Assembly (NCBI GenBank): GCA_025603075.1
Contig: MU626327.1
Location: 33,933 to 97,932 of the forward strand
Length of the DNA stretch: 64,000 nucleotides
DNA from: Neoconidiobolus thromboides FSU 785
Taxonomy: Eukaryota > Fungi > Entomophthoromycota
Direction of reading: 5' to 3'
Part shown: piece by piece, positions 60,886 through 64,000 of the stretch
How positions within the stretch are numbered: the first letter of the stretch is position 1
Layout of the letters: every line of letters starts with the position of its first letter
Position numbers and translations under genes: made by a program
The notes under the pieces: generated by a model
What the model was told of the DNA's origin: nothing
The model's input: only the letters and a program-made list of their open reading frames with translations
Database searches by the model: none

Positions 60886-62461
60886 TCAGTTTATAAGTAA
60901 GCCATTAGCTAAGGTGTCACTTGATTCAAGTAAACTATAAAATATGTTATTAAATAATAATATTGAATAAATAATAATTACCTATATTGTTTTAATAAAA
61001 CACACTCACCTCCATTTTCTAAATCAATATTATATTGATAAAGATAGCCTTCTGAAGTAATTACCATTACTTGTGGCGTCGTACTAAAATAAAAAGTAAA
61101 TGATTATATTATTATGTTATTCTGCTGCTATATTTTACCTTGAAAGAGCTACAATACTATGTACACCAACATTTGGTAATTTTAAGAAAGCAAAATCTCT
61201 TGATGGCTCCCAAATTTCAGTAAATGCTTCGGGTAAATAATTACCCATTGAATTAGCTAATCTCTTTCCTACCATACTATGAAAAGATGTTCTTCTATTT
61301 AATGGGTTTGATCCTGATTCACTTTCTTGAATAGAAGTTCCATTATTTGATTTACTTGTGTTTGAAAGACGAAAGATGTGTACAGTATCAGTATCACTTG
61401 ATACACATAATAAAGAACTAACCATATTAAAAGAAATTGAGTAAATTTTAGCATTATAAGAACCACGTCGGAATTGAAACAATTTTTGTCCTGAAGGTAA
61501 CGAAAATACTCTTATTACTGTACCCTAATAAATATAAAGATAAAGATAAATAAATGCTTGATCCAAGTTATATACTTACTTTGTCCGAGGCAGTAGCTAA
61601 CATTGTACCTTCCGGATTAATACACATATAACTTATACTTGATTTATGAGCATGAATAATATTAACTACACTTAACGATAAAGTATCAAATATGATTATG
61701 TCTCCAGTTGAAGTACCATTGGTATTGCTATTGCTTGATTGATTTGAAAAAGGAGAATCCTCAGATGGGGTGGGGGCAGGATAAGCAAGATAACCATTTT
61801 CGTTTGAAGGTGATAAAGCACAAATTGCTAATGGTATAATCAATTATAAAGATAGTGAAAATAAATAAATAAAATTACCCTTTGAATTTTTACCCGTTTC
61901 AATAATATGTAATAATTTCATATTAGAAATGTCATAACAATAAATTTGTTCTTTTAGTACAACAATCATCCTTTTTCTGTTTAATTTTACTGACAGTATG
62001 GAATTTGGAAAAGTCAATTCGCATATTGTCGATTCTCTCTACATAATCTTATAAGTAAAATGATATGAATTTAAACTTGATCTTACTTTTGTATTGTTGA
62101 TCTGTAACTTTCTTGGCGAAAAGGCGGGTTTATCCCCAGCGCCAACTAAAGCAACTAATGAGGTATTAAATAACATTTCTACGATTCCAATACCCCCTTC
62201 ATCTTTTAAAATAAATTAACTCAATACTATTTTATTACTACTTGTTAATTGTTTACTTTTACTGTGACATTTACCAAACGGATCACAATTATAAATTTTA
62301 TATCCTGTTTTATTACCAACCGCAATACAACTTTAATAATAAATAGTTTAGTATTTCTCAAAAGGGTTTATTAGCTTATAATAGTAAAGATAAAATTACC
62401 TAAAGTCTTGGTTAAAATTGATAAATAGCAATTCGTTGTTACTTTTTCCAATTAAATTCAT
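60886..62461 (-). CDS. ATG18: Autophagy PROPPIN Atg18/WIPI, multi-exon
   Basis: [39 protein letters not shown] lipid-binding motif, [13 protein letters not shown] and [12 protein letters not shown]. Confidence 0.95.
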
Positions 62462-62939
62462 TATTTGTGTCCTTTTTATCAATAATAACAAAAGTACTAT
62501 TTATAAATAGTTTAATAAAATTGTCAAGCTTTAATTTCAATAATTGAAAAAGTAGAAAAATGAAAAGTCATAAGCATTTTATTATCCTTAAATGTAAGCA
62601 TAATAATAGTAATAGCTCCATACTAAAAATTGCAATTTTTAGTTTAAGCTTAAAAAATAGTGCTTAAGATAAATGTTTCATCTGCCCAATAAAATATAAA
62701 TTTTTACCATAATTTTAGTTTACTAGAGTAACACTTTCATTTTGACATTAAAATGTGATGAAGTAAACTAAGCATTAATTTCAGTAAAATAGCAACTAAA
62801 GCTAAATCGGCATTACAAATTTAAAAACATAAAACGATAAATTTAAGCTTGACTCAATTTATACAAACTTTTAAGGTAGTAATTATAGTTATCGATTATC
62901 TCAAAGTTTCATTTTTTAAACTCTTATTAATTTGATGAT

Positions 62940-63038
62940 AGGGTTGTATTTTTGTATTTAAGAATTTTACTAAAAATCTTTCCACTCAAATAGTGCTTAA
63001 AAAATGGGAAAAGTAATGAAGTCAAAAAAAGCACTCCC
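62940..63038 (+). mobile_element. Sola-like MITE copy
   Basis: Core matches the family; flanks TGAT/ATAT. Confidence 0.85.
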
Positions 63039-63204
63039 ATATAATACAAACATTATAATTTATAATAAAACAAAAAAAAGAATATCACTAAAATTTACTG
63101 TTAACAACAATAAACTTAGTAAGCAATACATAAAATTAATCCTTTAAGAAAAAGAAGAAGCAAAAACCAATAAGTAACATTATTATTAATTATGGTTTTA
63201 ATAT

Positions 63205-64000
63205 GGGGATGTCTAAATTAGTTTCACTTTTTTACCCAATTTTTAAATATTTTGTATTTTAAAAACTTCGCTTAAAATCCTGTAAAAACAAAAGCACTCA
63301 ACACAACACAGTTCTAAATTATTCTATTATAGTTTATACTGTAAGTTGGCTGAGTTTTTACTATATCTAATAAAAATTCCCAGATTAACAAGGCTTTTAC
63401 TAATATAATATATATTGATATTAATCAAAATTGTAGTATGTAAATGAATACATATTTTATAGAACTTTATTAAAAAACATTTATTGTTGACTGCTTTTCT
63501 TATAGCTAACATTACAAATTTGTTATTAAATAATAAATGGGTTATTTTAATATTTCAATTATATCACTAATATCTTATCAAGTTAACAAATAGCTGGATA
63601 AGGGAAAGTAATTAGTTAAAACTATAACAATTTTTATATAATACAATCAATATAATAGTAGTTTTTGCATATTATTATAGCTACTTGTTCTTTGACTATT
63701 TATTAACTTATCTATTAACAACTTAAGTAATCTTAACATTTAATAATCTGTTTCTATCATTCAACAAACTACTTACTTGCTTAGTAAATATCGAAATTTT
63801 TAAATTCTCTGTTATCTTCGTAAGGTAAGCTGGGATCGATCTTTTAATTTTTCTGTTTTCTATAGACTCTATAACTTTAATTGGAACTATATTGCTTTTT
63901 TTATGTATCGGATACTGGATAACAATGTAGTCTGTTGTTATGTTTAATAAAGTGTAAATACTTCTTAATGCCTTGTATCTCTATCATTCTTTTTGTATTT
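63205..64000. mobile_element. Second copy of the ~0.9-kb element, running off the right edge
   Basis: ATAT|GGGGATGTCTAAATTAG start. Shared blocks with 27833-28938 include gctgagttttta, ttcccagatta, taagctgg and gatactggataa. Confidence 0.65.

Overview
Very AT-rich, intron-rich eukaryotic DNA with introns of about 45-55 nt. It is fungal by gene content; the composition and a family-A-like 7TM gene suggest an early-diverging lineage such as Entomophthoromycotina (inference). Conserved genes: a DHA2-type MFS transporter (runs off the left edge), HEL2/ZNF598, an AIG2/GGCT-like protein, ERG26, a long coiled-coil protein, XAP5/FAM50, an atypical kinase, a GH18 chitinase, a two-finger GATA factor, a 7TM receptor-like protein, two TMEM135 paralogs, YRB1, a UBX5-like protein, NOB1, MND1 and ATG18, plus tRNA-Lys(TTT) and elongator tRNA-Met(CAT). 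Between them lie decayed genes: a siderophore-iron transporter, a paralog of an MHR-like transcription factor and a putative restriction-endonuclease-fold gene. Highlights: (1) a ~100-bp MITE family with 20 copies, GRG..CYC ends and 4-bp ANNT target duplications (Sola-like), with empty-site evidence inside the window; (2) a ~0.9-kb element that may be its parent; (3) two ~460-bp TG..CA solo-LTR-like repeats; (4) a GATA factor combining an AreA-type DUF1752-like motif with two closely spaced zinc fingers, whose upstream region has five SreA/Fep1-type ATCWGATAR sites in 213 bp. No CRISPR array or rRNA was seen. Coordinates of multi-exon genes were read by hand and are approximate.
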